The notes beneath the pieces were generated by a model, which worked only from the letters and a program-made list of their open reading frames with translations, was not told where the DNA came from and ran no database searches. DNA of 64,000 bases, from contig CACVAP010000090.1 of NCBI GenBank assembly GCA_902727895.1, forward strand, positions 5,129-69,128, given 5' to 3'. This stretch comes from an uncultured Sulfurovum sp. (GTDB lineage: Bacteria; Campylobacterota; Campylobacteria; Campylobacterales; Sulfurovaceae). This document shows positions 36,347 to 47,059 of this stretch, one piece after another (the stretch's first letter is position 1; each line of letters opens with the position of its first letter). The position numbers were made by a program, and so were the translations under genes.

Positions 36347-36925
36347 ATGCTCATCGACTTTAAAGACCAAAGCCCCAGCGAGCGTTACAAACTTATGGTG
36401 GCTTCTGTCATTCCTCGCCCTATTGCATGGGTCGTTACCCAAGGAGAAGTTTTAAACATTGCTCCATTTTCTTACTTTACACCCCTTTCTTCAAAACCTG
36501 CAACCATGATAGTTTCTATTGGGCATCGTCCAAATGGTGAACCTAAAGATACTTTAAAAAATTTACGCAACTCTAAAAAATGTGTCATTTGTATTATAGG
36601 CGAAGAGCATTTTGAACAAATGCATTTAAGTTCAAGTTCTTTGGAGCCAAATGAAAGTGAAATTGAAGCTTTTAACATAGAAACAGAAAACATACTTACT
36701 GATTTTCCACCTGTGCCAAAAAACATTCAGATTGCTTATTTTTGTGAATATCTTAAAGAAGTAGAGCTAGAAGGTTCAAATACTGTACCAACCATTGTAG
36801 AAATAAAACACCTCTATGTTAATGAAAGAATTATTACTGACAAAGAAGAAATTCACTTTGAAGTCGAAGCCATTGCACGTGTTGGTCGAGGTTATGCTAC
36901 TTTAACTAAAAAGGAAAATCCATGA
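36347..36925 (+). CDS. flavin reductase family protein (FMN-binding split barrel)
   Basis: 192 aa. PRPIAWVVTQGEVLNIAPFSYFTPLSSKPATMIVSIG is the flavin reductase-like domain pattern. Confidence 0.75.
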   Translation: MLIDFKDQSPSERYKLMVASVIPRPIAWVVTQGEVLNIAPFSYFTPLSSKPATMIVSIGHRPNGEPKDTLKNLRNSKKCVICIIGEEHFEQMHLSSSSLEPNESEIEAFNIETENILTDFPPVPKNIQIAYFCEYLKEVELEGSNTVPTIVEIKHLYVNERIITDKEEIHFEVEAIARVGRGYATLTKKENP

Positions 36926-37656
36926 AAAAAACCCTGCTCCTCTTACTCTTAACCATGCACACACTCTTTGCTTCTACGACAGAAGAAGTTTTAGACTATC
37001 TTAGTCTTTCTCATTCAGAACAAGCTGTATTAGAAATAGAACAAGTCTTTAACTCCATGCGTCAAAGCCAAGAAAACAACGAAAGTAATGAAAGCACAAC
37101 GCAAGTCAGCATTGTCTACCAAGAATACCTAGAAGATCACATAAGTTCTAATGAAATGGCTAAACTACTTCAACTCTACCGTTTACCCATTATGAACAGA
37201 TATGTTAGTGAAGTAAAAAACTTCAATATTAACCAAGATGACATGGATGCTTTTTTAGCTTCATTGGAAGAAGAACCTATACTTACTGAGCGTAAAGACA
37301 TTGTTGATGATATTGTGCAAGTTCTAGTGAATGAAGAGTTACAACTAAACTTTTACCGAAGTATGATGCAACGTTATATTGACAACAATAGCAGTAGTGA
37401 AAACAATGAAAGTAAAATGTCTCCAAGAGAAGAAAGTTATGTAAATTCCCTCAAAGAGTCTACTAAAAATGAACTTCTTTATGGTTCACAAGTTTTTTCA
37501 ATGGAAGAGATGAATGAGTTAAAAAGTGCCATTGATTCTAGTATTTTCAAAAAGATTAAACGTGTTGAAAATGAAGCCTTAGTTGGGATTATGAACAACT
37601 TTATACAAGGAATTGTCTCAGAGCCTAAACGACCCAAAGAAAAGAAAAATCCTTAG
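36922..37656 (+). CDS. secreted hypothetical protein (244 aa)
   Basis: Signal peptide MKKTLLLLLLTMHTLFAS and an ATGA overlap with the upstream gene. Two N/S/E-rich low-complexity stretches. Confidence 0.45.
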   Translation: MKKTLLLLLLTMHTLFASTTEEVLDYLSLSHSEQAVLEIEQVFNSMRQSQENNESNESTTQVSIVYQEYLEDHISSNEMAKLLQLYRLPIMNRYVSEVKNFNINQDDMDAFLASLEEEPILTERKDIVDDIVQVLVNEELQLNFYRSMMQRYIDNNSSSENNESKMSPREESYVNSLKESTKNELLYGSQVFSMEEMNELKSAIDSSIFKKIKRVENEALVGIMNNFIQGIVSEPKRPKEKKNP

Positions 37657-39527
37657 TTAGGAAGTATTTTATCAAAGGTAGAAATTTTATTAGCTAAAAC
37701 TGGTCGTGAATAATAATACCCTTGAATCTCATCACAATCATACTCTTTCAAAAATTCAAATTGTTCAAGCGTTTCTACTCCTTCTGCAATAACTTTTAAA
37801 TCAAGACTTTTTGCAATGGCTATGGTTGCTTTAACAATTGACTCTAACTCTTTTTTATTTCCTATCCCTTCAATAAAACTTCTATCTATTTTTAATTTAT
37901 CAAAAATCAATTCCTTAAGGTTTGACAAAGAGGAGTAACCTGTACCAAAATCATCTATGGCTATTAAAAAGCCTTGTGAACGTAAAGATCCAAGATTTGA
38001 AAAAGCTGTTCTTCTATTTGCAAACACAGCTGTTTCTGTTACTTCAAATTCAATATCCGATGGACTTATACCATGTTTTACTATGATACTTTTGATACGT
38101 GAAAGTAAATTTCTCTTACCCACTTCAAGACGAGAAAGATTAATCCCCACTCTATCTATGAAAATTCCTTCTTCTTTCCAAAGATTAATTTGTTTACAAA
38201 CTTCTCCCATCACCCAATCACTAATCTGTTCAATAACACCACATCGTTCTGCTATAGGAATAAATTTTGCTGGGGAAACTAACTCATTGGTTTTCCAACG
38301 TAATAGTGCTTCTACCCCTATTAATTTGTTGTCTGAAAGTTGCATTTGTGGTTGATATAACAGATAGAATTCATTATTTATAATAGCTTTCTTTAGCCTA
38401 ACTTCTATTATAAATTCATCATAAGCTTTTTCAGCCAATTCACGCGTAAAAAATCTATAGGTATTTCTTCCCGAATCCTTTGCCTTATACATTGCTATAT
38501 CTGCTTGCTTCAGCAATTGACTAGATGAAGAAATCATATCTGGAAAAGTACAAATTCCTACACTTGTAGTCATATCTAGTAGATATTTCTCTACTTTAAA
38601 AGGTTGTATAAACTGCTCCATAACTGAATCTGCGACTTTTCGTAATTCACTATCGGAAGCGTTATCTACAATAAGAACAAATTCATCTCCACCAAAACGT
38701 GCCAAAAAATATTTTTTATTCAATACACTTTTTAAACGCTTTGTGATTTTTAATAAAATCTTATCACCAATGTCATGTCCTAAATTATCATTAACCATTT
38801 TAAAGTGGTCAATATCTAAAAAAAACAATCCTCCTTGGCTTCTCTTATTTCGAGCTTCTTTTAAACTCTCTTTTAGTGTTTTCTGAAAGAATAAACGGTT
38901 CGGTAATTTTGTTAAATCATCATGTGTTGCCATGTATTCTAATTTTAATTGATTTTTCTTCTCCTTAGAGATATTCCTAACAATGCTAACTACTGTCTCT
39001 TTATTATCAATTAAATGTCCCATAGCGACTAGTCGTGCTTCATAATATTGTACTTTTTTATTAATAGTTAATTCAAACTCAATAATATTTAACTTAGCTG
39101 TCTCTATTGCCTTTTTTAAACTTTTTTTAAAAAAAGTTGCTAATTCTGGAGTAAAGAGATCTTGATACATTTTACCAATAATTTCACTTTTTGTCCTATG
39201 AAGATTATCTGATTCACTAACAAAAATATCAAGAAATACACCATCTTCATCATTCAAAAACATCATGTCTGGTATGGCATTGACCACTGCTTTTAATTGC
39301 GTTTGATACGAATTCTTTTGCTTTAACTGCAAAGTTTCAAGCTCTTCAAAAGATAGTTCCAAAGAACGTTCTAAGGTATAAGAATGACTATCATACTCCT
39401 CATAAGTTTTAGATATTGAATTTAAAAACTTTTCAAAATCTTCATTTTTTGCTAAATTTTCCTCTCCATCTTTACAAATCTTATTCAATTGTCGTAAAAG
39501 AAGTTTATGGAGTTCAGTATTCGCCAA
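37653..39527 (-). CDS. PAS-GGDEF-EAL c-di-GMP signalling protein
   Basis: 624 aa. Contains HDDLTKLPNR, DIDHFKMVNDNLGHDIGD and RFGGDEFVLIV (GGDEF), plus the EAL-domain motifs EALLRW and IDDFGTGYSSL. Confidence 0.85.
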   Translation of the reverse strand: MANTELHKLLLRQLNKICKDGEENLAKNEDFEKFLNSISKTYEEYDSHSYTLERSLELSFEELETLQLKQKNSYQTQLKAVVNAIPDMMFLNDEDGVFLDIFVSESDNLHRTKSEIIGKMYQDLFTPELATFFKKSLKKAIETAKLNIIEFELTINKKVQYYEARLVAMGHLIDNKETVVSIVRNISKEKKNQLKLEYMATHDDLTKLPNRLFFQKTLKESLKEARNKRSQGGLFFLDIDHFKMVNDNLGHDIGDKILLKITKRLKSVLNKKYFLARFGGDEFVLIVDNASDSELRKVADSVMEQFIQPFKVEKYLLDMTTSVGICTFPDMISSSSQLLKQADIAMYKAKDSGRNTYRFFTRELAEKAYDEFIIEVRLKKAIINNEFYLLYQPQMQLSDNKLIGVEALLRWKTNELVSPAKFIPIAERCGVIEQISDWVMGEVCKQINLWKEEGIFIDRVGINLSRLEVGKRNLLSRIKSIIVKHGISPSDIEFEVTETAVFANRRTAFSNLGSLRSQGFLIAIDDFGTGYSSLSNLKELIFDKLKIDRSFIEGIGNKKELESIVKATIAIAKSLDLKVIAEGVETLEQFEFLKEYDCDEIQGYYYSRPVLANKISTFDKILPN

Positions 39528-40638
39528 GTAAGACCACCGTCATTGTTTGATTGTACAAATCACATTGATCTATTGAGCTAGGAGAAATTTCACCATAAGA
39601 ATAATAACCTATTTGCATAACATCCAGAGAAGGAAAAGCTGAAAATACGGCTTCTATCTCATCTTCAACTCTTTGACCTAAAACCAACTTGCGACCAACA
39701 CAAGAAATAGCAATACAACAATACTTCTCACAAGTAGCTCTCTCAAAATTAATATTTTCAACAGCAGTAACGGCAGCATCAGTAAGACTTTTAAAGCTTG
39801 ACTTCATTAGACTTACAGTGCTCCCTTCAGGAATATCTCCAGCAAAAGTAATGGATTGTTCTTCCTCATCAACCGATAAAATACTTCTAACCTTAATCTC
39901 ATCGTCTGAATAAAGACCTAAAGGAAATAATAACCCTGTACTAGGTAAGCCATTAGCTCTCTCTCCTAAATAATGTTTATATAATGATAATGCTGGCTGA
40001 TTGTCTAATTCATATAAAATATTTGCACAGGATGAAGTAACTTTTCTTTTAAGTCCTAAACTACTCCATCCTCCCTCTGAACCATATCCAAAGTAAAATT
40101 CATCACCGTAGAAACCAACAGCCCCAATATAATGTGATTTTGGTTCCTTGTCTATAAGTACCCAAGTGCTTTCAAATCTTCCATCATCTCCTGCTAAACC
40201 TCCTGAGACCATAACCTTTTTTCCCAGCGTAGCAGAGAATGCTTTCGTTAACTGTGAACCATTTACATTTAACCCATCACTCAATACAATAACAGCTTTA
40301 GGTTCTCCTAAAGCAAGAGATAAAGTTTCTCCAGCCATGTAGGAATAGTCACTATCTTTAATTTTTGTATGGACTAATTTAAGAATTGTCTTTTCAAATT
40401 TAATTACTTGAACAACCAGATGTTCTTCAGCCAAGGTATTTCCATACATTTCACCAGCTGTAGAACAACCCATAAATTTTGACTGAGGAAAAGCCTTAAT
40501 TAATTTTTGTAGAGGTGCTTGTAAAGAAGGGTTGTCTAAGGATGAAAAAACTAGAACAAGTGTATTATCACTGTCCAGTGTTAAGTCAAGACGCTTATCC
40601 CAATCATTAGAAATATAAATATATTGATTTAATTTCAA
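39514..40638 (-). CDS. FIST N/C domain sensor protein
   Basis: 374 aa. Layout and segments (FMGCSTAGE..., SGGLAGDD, FYGYGSEGGW, GYYSYGEI) fit FIST_N plus FIST_C. It overlaps the downstream GGDEF-EAL gene by 14 nt. Confidence 0.7.
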   Translation of the reverse strand: MKLNQYIYISNDWDKRLDLTLDSDNTLVLVFSSLDNPSLQAPLQKLIKAFPQSKFMGCSTAGEMYGNTLAEEHLVVQVIKFEKTILKLVHTKIKDSDYSYMAGETLSLALGEPKAVIVLSDGLNVNGSQLTKAFSATLGKKVMVSGGLAGDDGRFESTWVLIDKEPKSHYIGAVGFYGDEFYFGYGSEGGWSSLGLKRKVTSSCANILYELDNQPALSLYKHYLGERANGLPSTGLLFPLGLYSDDEIKVRSILSVDEEEQSITFAGDIPEGSTVSLMKSSFKSLTDAAVTAVENINFERATCEKYCCIAISCVGRKLVLGQRVEDEIEAVFSAFPSLDVMQIGYYSYGEISPSSIDQCDLYNQTMTVVLLGEY

Positions 40639-40767
40639 TGTAGTTTTCCTTATTAAAGAGATATTAATCTATCATAATTTAATAACCGTTATATCAGACT
40701 TAAATAGCATAGATACAATGTGATTTAAGTGTGATAAGGAAGTAATAGCTCATAATCTTCTAAAAAT

Positions 40768-42129
40768 CTAAACAGCCCCTTGTTCAATCATAGAATTAGC
40801 TACTTTTCTAAAACCAGCAATATTTGCACCTGTAACTAAATCACCTTCACAATCAAACTCTTTTGAAGTTTCATAAGCTGTTTTGAAAATATTTTGCATA
40901 ATCGTACGTAGTTTAATATCTACTTCTTCAAAAGACCATTGTGCCATACTTGCATTTTGACTCATTTCTAATTGTGAAGTAGCAACACCTCCAGCATTGG
41001 CAGCTTTTCCTGGTGAAAATAAAATACCACTTTCTTGAATAAACTCTAAAGCATCTGGCATGGTAGGCATATTTGCCCCTTCATTCACCAAGATACAGCC
41101 ATTCATTTTTAAAGCTTTAGCATCGTTGAGTGTTAACTCATTTTGAGTAGCTGATGGAAAAGCAATGTCACAAGGAATATGCCATACAGCATGACCTCCC
41201 TCAGGATATTTACTAACAGGCGTATAGGTACAAGCACAATCTAGATAAGCATATTCTTCTAAAGAGGCATGATGTATTTCTTTAATTGATTTTAATGATT
41301 TAATATCAATACCATCTTCATGATAAATGGTTCCCTTACTATCTGAACAGGAAACAGGAATAGCCCCCATTTCATAGAGCTTTTCAATGGTATATATAGC
41401 AACATTACCAGAACCAGATACACAACAACGTTTACCCTTTAAACTCTTTCCATAAGCATTCAAAAAGTTTTCAGCAAAGTAAACAGACCCATAACCAGTT
41501 GCTTCTTTACGTGCTTTTGAACCTCCCCAGTCTAATCCTTTTCCTGTTAATACGCCTTCAAACTCTCCTGTCAGTCTCTTATATTGTCCAAATAAATATC
41601 CAATTTCTCTTGCACCCACACCAATGTCACCAGCTGGAACATCTTTATGTTTTCCAATATGATTATAAAGTTCTGTCATAAAAGCTTGACAAAATTTCAT
41701 AATTTCATTGTCAGACTTTCCTTTAGGATTAAAGTTTGATCCACCTTTAGCACCACCAATTTGCAAACCAGTTAATGCATTTTTAAATATCTGTTCAAAA
41801 CCTAAAAACTTAACCGTTCCTAAACTAACAGTCGGATGAAAACGTAAGCCCCCTTTATAGGGACCAATGGTGGAGTTAAACTGTACTCTATAACCAACAT
41901 TTGTTTGAACTTTTCCAGCATCATCAAGCCATGTTACACGAAAGATAATACTTCTTTCAGGCACAACTATTCTTTCTAAAATATTATGTTCTAAATATTT
42001 CGGATCTTGATTTAAAAGTGGACTTAAGGAATACAAGACCTCTTGTGCAGCTTGGTAAAACTCGTCCTGTCCAGGGCTATTATCTTTAATATATTTTAAA
42101 ACTTCTTCTATTTTTTGAGAGCTTGGCAT
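40768..42129 (-). CDS. gdhA: NADP-specific glutamate dehydrogenase
   Basis: 453 aa. Contains GPYKGGLRFHP, the catalytic region GGAKGGSNFNPKG and the dinucleotide fold GSGNVA. Confidence 0.95.
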   Translation of the reverse strand: MPSSQKIEEVLKYIKDNSPGQDEFYQAAQEVLYSLSPLLNQDPKYLEHNILERIVVPERSIIFRVTWLDDAGKVQTNVGYRVQFNSTIGPYKGGLRFHPTVSLGTVKFLGFEQIFKNALTGLQIGGAKGGSNFNPKGKSDNEIMKFCQAFMTELYNHIGKHKDVPAGDIGVGAREIGYLFGQYKRLTGEFEGVLTGKGLDWGGSKARKEATGYGSVYFAENFLNAYGKSLKGKRCCVSGSGNVAIYTIEKLYEMGAIPVSCSDSKGTIYHEDGIDIKSLKSIKEIHHASLEEYAYLDCACTYTPVSKYPEGGHAVWHIPCDIAFPSATQNELTLNDAKALKMNGCILVNEGANMPTMPDALEFIQESGILFSPGKAANAGGVATSQLEMSQNASMAQWSFEEVDIKLRTIMQNIFKTAYETSKEFDCEGDLVTGANIAGFRKVANSMIEQGAV

Positions 42130-42299
42130 TTTAAACCTTTATTTTATGGATTTATTATTTTTTTAAAGTAAAAGTATTATATCAAAGCTTTTTCTTATCC
42201 ATTTTAACAAATCATCTTTTCTCTCATAATTCACCCCAAATTTAGTACATTTACAGTAAAATCACGCAGAAAAATTTCCCCCATATAGGATAATAAACA

Positions 42300-44528
42300 A
42301 TGTCAAAACCATTAGAAAACTTAGATGAAGTACTTAAGAATCACAAGTTAAGCCAAATAGAATACACAAATATTTTAGAGATATTAGATGGTAGACATCC
42401 AAATATTGTAGAACTTGGAATCTTCTCTGCTATGTGGTCTGAACACTGTTCTTACAAGTCAAGTAAAAAGTACCTAAATGGTTTCCCTACAAAAGCACCA
42501 TGGGTAATCCAAGGGCCTGGTGAAAATGCTGGTGTTATTGACATTGGTGGAGGAATGGCTGCTGTATTTAAAATGGAGTCACACAACCACCCAAGCTTTA
42601 TTGAACCTTTTCAAGGAGCAGCAACAGGCGTTGGTGGAATCTTAAGAGATGTATTTACAATGGGAGCTAGACCTGTAGCCAACATGAATGCTCTACGTTT
42701 TGGTAACATTACCAATAACGATAAAACAGCCAGATACCAAAGACATCTTGTTAAAGGGGTAACTGAGGGAATTGGTGGATATGGTAACTGCATGGGTGTT
42801 CCAACCATTGGTGGAGAATGTTCTTTTGATGAATCTTACAATGGAAATATCTTAGTAAATGCTTTTGCACTTGGTCTATGTAAATCTGATGAAATCTTCC
42901 TTGGTATTGCTGAAGGAATTGGAAACACAGTTATGTACGTAGGTTCTAAAACAGGTCGTGATGGTCTAGGTGGTGCTGTTATGAGTTCAGATTCATTTAC
43001 AGAAGAGTCTAAATCATTACGTCCTACGGTTCAAGTTGGTGATCCATTCATTGAAAAACTTTTACTTGAAGCATGTTTAGAACTTTTTAAGACCAAAGAT
43101 GTTGTTGTTGGAATCCAAGACATGGGTGCTGCTGGACTGACGTCTTCGGCATTTGAAATGGCTGGAAAATCTGGTTCAGGAATGATTATGAACCTTGACC
43201 AAGTTCCTGCACGTGAAGAAGGAATGACACCTTATGACTTTATGCTTTCAGAATCACAAGAGCGTATGCTTGTTTGTGTTAAAAAAGGTAAAGAGCAAGA
43301 AGTTATTGACATTTTTGAGAAATGGGACTTAGACGTTGCTGTTATTGGTGAAGTAACTGACACAGGTCGTATGGAACTTACTTGGTATGGTGACACAGTT
43401 TGTGACATGCCTATTGGTCCGGTAAGTGAAGAAGCTCCTATTTTAGATAGACCAATTTCACGCCCTACTTACTTAGATGAAATCTCTGGAAAGAACATTA
43501 ACTCTTATGCAACGGTAGATAACCAAACAGCATTTGAAAAACTTCTAGGTTCTATGGAAGTTGTTGATAAAGCATGGATTTATGACCAATATGACTCAAT
43601 GGTACAGACGAACACAACAAAAGCTCCTGGTTCACTGGATGCTTCTTGTATTCGTATTAAAGAGACAGGTAAAGCCTTAGCTATGTCTGCTGACTGTAAC
43701 CCTCGTTACTGTTATGTTGACCCAGAGAAAGGTGGTGCTTTAGCTGTTATGGAATCTGGACGTAATGTTGCAATGTCTGGAGCTAGACCTCTTTCTATTA
43801 CTGACTGTCTAAACTTTGGTAACCCAGAAAACCCAGAAGTTATGTGGCAGTTTGCCCAAGCTTGTGAAGGAATTAAAGAAGCATGTTTAGCACTTAACAC
43901 GCCTGTTGTTTCTGGAAATGTTTCTCTTTATAATGAAACCAATGGTACTTCTGTTTTCCCTACCCCTGCCATTGCAATGGTTGGACTAAATGAAGATGAG
44001 AAAAAAGTACTTCCATCATGCTTCCAAGAAGATGAGAACCATTTACTACTTATTGGAGATACAGGAACAGAATTTGGTGCTTCACTTTATATTAAAGAGT
44101 TATTTGGAGAAACAGCTGGAACGTTAGCTGACCTTGACTATAAAAAAGAGTTAGCACTCTGGAAACTTGTAATCGATGCCAATGATGAATGTCTTTTATC
44201 ATCAGCTAAAGATTTAAGTTCTGGTGGAATTGCAATAGCCCTAGCAAAAATGGCTGCTGTATCTGGTAGAGGTGTAGTTGCTGGAATCAGACTTGAAGAC
44301 AAAAGAAGCTTGTTTGATGAATCTCAATCTAGAGCTATTTTAGAAGTAAGTTCAAAAGAAAATCTTGACAAAGTTATTGAAATGGCTAAAGGTTTAGGCT
44401 TAAGTACAGACATCATTGGTAAAGTTGGTGGAGACACAGTTAAAATTAATGATATAGAGATGAACTTAGAGAGATTACAAGAGACTTATTTCTCTAGCTT
44501 CAAGAATGTAGTAGAACAAGATATATAG
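42300..44528 (+). CDS. purL: phosphoribosylformylglycinamidine synthase subunit PurL
   Basis: 742 aa. Contains [29 protein letters not shown] and a duplicated PurM-like organisation. Confidence 0.95.
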   Translation: MSKPLENLDEVLKNHKLSQIEYTNILEILDGRHPNIVELGIFSAMWSEHCSYKSSKKYLNGFPTKAPWVIQGPGENAGVIDIGGGMAAVFKMESHNHPSFIEPFQGAATGVGGILRDVFTMGARPVANMNALRFGNITNNDKTARYQRHLVKGVTEGIGGYGNCMGVPTIGGECSFDESYNGNILVNAFALGLCKSDEIFLGIAEGIGNTVMYVGSKTGRDGLGGAVMSSDSFTEESKSLRPTVQVGDPFIEKLLLEACLELFKTKDVVVGIQDMGAAGLTSSAFEMAGKSGSGMIMNLDQVPAREEGMTPYDFMLSESQERMLVCVKKGKEQEVIDIFEKWDLDVAVIGEVTDTGRMELTWYGDTVCDMPIGPVSEEAPILDRPISRPTYLDEISGKNINSYATVDNQTAFEKLLGSMEVVDKAWIYDQYDSMVQTNTTKAPGSLDASCIRIKETGKALAMSADCNPRYCYVDPEKGGALAVMESGRNVAMSGARPLSITDCLNFGNPENPEVMWQFAQACEGIKEACLALNTPVVSGNVSLYNETNGTSVFPTPAIAMVGLNEDEKKVLPSCFQEDENHLLLIGDTGTEFGASLYIKELFGETAGTLADLDYKKELALWKLVIDANDECLLSSAKDLSSGGIAIALAKMAAVSGRGVVAGIRLEDKRSLFDESQSRAILEVSSKENLDKVIEMAKGLGLSTDIIGKVGGDTVKINDIEMNLERLQETYFSSFKNVVEQDI

Positions 44529-44561
44529 AGGTTTTTAAACCTTTATATAATCAATTAAAGA

Positions 44562-44978
44562 CTACACACACTGAAAAGTGTTGTGTTGTGTGTCATAAAG
44601 AGGTTTTGTATTTTTATCACAAAAAAACTCAGAACTTGGAAGTCCTGTTTTCGTTAAAATTGTTTCTTCAAGCGTATCAGTTGAATCTACAACCAATAAC
44701 TGCTCTTCAACGTCATCTGCAACATATGATGAGTGAGGGAAGACCGTAATTAACTCACCATCTAAAACAATGGTCATACTTTTATCAATCATCTCTTCAA
44801 TATATCTTGGTTTTTCAATAACAACTAATTTTTCTTTTTGAAAACCTTTTGATGGGTCCAGATTATCTAAATTAACAAAACAAACTCCTCCAATACACTT
44901 TGATGTTCCAGCTCCTAAAAGAGTACTGGTCAACAAAGCAGAGATTGTACCTAATCTTAAAAATCTATGGTTTAACAT
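44562..44978 (-). CDS. secreted hypothetical protein (138 aa)
   Basis: N-terminal signal-like segment LGTISALLTSTLLGAG and four Cys residues. No recognised motif. Confidence 0.4.
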   Translation of the reverse strand: MLNHRFLRLGTISALLTSTLLGAGTSKCIGGVCFVNLDNLDPSKGFQKEKLVVIEKPRYIEEMIDKSMTIVLDGELITVFPHSSYVADDVEEQLLVVDSTDTLEETILTKTGLPSSEFFCDKNTKPLYDTQHNTFQCV

Positions 44979-45132
44979 ATTAATATCTATCCTTTTACAA
45001 ATTATAATTTTCTTTTCCTAGAATTATTATCTCAAAAAAGTGATGAAAGTACACACAAAGAGAGAGATTTTTTATAAAAAAATGCTCTTATATTTAAAAG
45101 AACGATAAAATTATAACAAAAAAAAACATATA

Positions 45133-45909
45133 CTATATTTTAACGGTAGATTCTATTGGAATTCCAAACTCTTTCCAGTCACTAATTTCATCAACTTTTG
45201 GAAAGCCATCTAAAATCTCTTGTCGCTGAAAATTTGGTTTATAGGCAAATGCTTTACAGCCATCTACCCAATATCCTAAATAAATCCATGGTAAATCCAA
45301 TACTTTTGCTAATTCAATTTGATAGAGAAGAGAATAAGTACCAAGCGATAAATTTAAATAATCAGGATCATAATAAAAATAAATAGAAGAGATTCCATCA
45401 TCTAAAATATCAATTAAGTCAACGCCTACCAGTTCGCCATCGACAAGGTAAAGAACTTCTTTACCAAAATCATGTGCTCCATCTACGAAATTTTCTTTAT
45501 ATTCCCTAGGTGCAATATTACGATGAGACCAATCATCTTGCTCATGCTTATAAGAGTGGTATTTGTTATAAAGGTTTATATGTGCCTGAGATAAACTGGG
45601 TTTTTGAATAATAATTTCTGTCTCTTTATTACGTTTAATCGCTTTTTTTTGAGATTTTCTAACTTTGAAATTATTGACATCAATACGTAAGGATTTACAT
45701 TCATTACAGCCAGCACAAATTGGATGAAAATAATAGTGACCAAAACGACGCCACCCACGGTTAATTAACGCTGTGTTGTATGCCTGAGTAGCATTCTCAA
45801 TATGTTTATAACTCATACGAACTTTATTGCCTTTTATATAGGCACAGTCGTAATCAAGCATGGAAAAATCTGTCGATTTGGGAGGTACATCTGTAAACTT
45901 ACTATTCAT
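45133..45909 (-). CDS. arginyl/leucyl-tRNA--protein transferase (ATE/Bpt family)
   Basis: 258 aa. Contains GWRRFGHYYFHPICAGCNECKSLRIDVNNF and the C-terminal GYWV...YK..F pattern typical of ATE_N/ATE_C. Confidence 0.8.
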   Translation of the reverse strand: MNSKFTDVPPKSTDFSMLDYDCAYIKGNKVRMSYKHIENATQAYNTALINRGWRRFGHYYFHPICAGCNECKSLRIDVNNFKVRKSQKKAIKRNKETEIIIQKPSLSQAHINLYNKYHSYKHEQDDWSHRNIAPREYKENFVDGAHDFGKEVLYLVDGELVGVDLIDILDDGISSIYFYYDPDYLNLSLGTYSLLYQIELAKVLDLPWIYLGYWVDGCKAFAYKPNFQRQEILDGFPKVDEISDWKEFGIPIESTVKI

Positions 45910-45980
45910 AACAATAATTTTATCTAAAAATTGTCAATTTATAGTAAAATTCATCTTCATTTTCATTTGGAGACTTATTT

Positions 45981-46676
45981 TTGTATCTTTATCAACCCAG
46001 TTCTGGCTATGCTTATAATAGCGACTCCATATTTCTATATGACTTTATATCAAGCTTCAAACCAAAAGGTTCATTACTTGATGTAGGTTGTGGTGTCGGG
46101 ATTATCTCTTTACTCTTAACCAGAGACTTTAATATAACAACAAGTATCGTTGACAAGCAAGAAGTAATGCTTAAATATGCGAAACATAACTATGTTCTTA
46201 ATAAACTCGAAGTCAATGCAAAGCTTCAAGACTTTACAGAATTTTCAGAAAAAGAAAAATTTGATTATGTTGTTTCAAATCCTCCTTTTTATGATCAAAA
46301 TGTAACTCAAAGTGAGAATGAACATTTAAACATTGCCCGTTATGCTCAGCATCTTCCCATTGAAACATTTATATATAAAGTAAAAAAAGTTTTAAAACCA
46401 CGAGGTCGTTTTATTTTCTGCTATGATGCAAAACAAGTTGACAAACTGCTCTATTCACTGATAACAAATAAGATCAACCCCGAACAAATACGTTTTGTAC
46501 ACTCTAAGATAGATCGCGATTCTAAACTTGTAATGATTTCAGCCAGAATGAATTCAAAATCAATGATGAAAGTCTTGCCTCCTCTTGTTGTTTTTGATCA
46601 ACAAAGTAACTATAATAACGAAGCCAGTCAAGCTTTTAAAAAAGCTGGAACAAACAGTATCAAAGGAGACTATTAA
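45981..46676 (+). CDS. SAM-dependent methyltransferase with NPPF motif (TrmN6/YfiC-like)
   Basis: 231 aa. SAM motif LLDVGCGVGIISL and N6-adenine-type motif VVSNPPFY. TTG start with GGAG 8 nt upstream. Confidence 0.7.
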   Translation: MYLYQPSSGYAYNSDSIFLYDFISSFKPKGSLLDVGCGVGIISLLLTRDFNITTSIVDKQEVMLKYAKHNYVLNKLEVNAKLQDFTEFSEKEKFDYVVSNPPFYDQNVTQSENEHLNIARYAQHLPIETFIYKVKKVLKPRGRFIFCYDAKQVDKLLYSLITNKINPEQIRFVHSKIDRDSKLVMISARMNSKSMMKVLPPLVVFDQQSNYNNEASQAFKKAGTNSIKGDY

Positions 46677-47059
46677 TGGAAAAACAAATTTTATCTGAAG
46701 TAGGCTACGACTATAAATTTACACCCTCAGCTTGTGACGAATGTGGTGGTGCTTGTTGTACTGGAAGTAGTGGATATATCTGGGCAAAATACCCAGAGAT
46801 AGAAGAAATGGCAAAATTTTTAGAACTAACTGTGGAAGACTTTGCTACAATGTACCTCAAGAAAGTCAAGCATCGATACTCTATAATAGAAAAGAAACTT
46901 GATGATGAAAATTTTGCATGTGTTTTCTTTGATGACAAGTTAAAACAATGTAGTATCTATTCTGTACGACCACGACAATGTAGAACATTTCCTTTTTGGG
47001 AAATATTTAAAAATAATAGTGAAGAGGTAAAGAAAGAGTGTCCTGGAATCATAAAATAA
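46676..47059 (+). CDS. YkgJ-family cysteine-cluster protein
   Basis: 127 aa. Contains CDECGGACC...G and a second Cys group (CVFF...CSIYSVRPRQCRTFPFW). Confidence 0.7.
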   Translation: MEKQILSEVGYDYKFTPSACDECGGACCTGSSGYIWAKYPEIEEMAKFLELTVEDFATMYLKKVKHRYSIIEKKLDDENFACVFFDDKLKQCSIYSVRPRQCRTFPFWEIFKNNSEEVKKECPGIIK

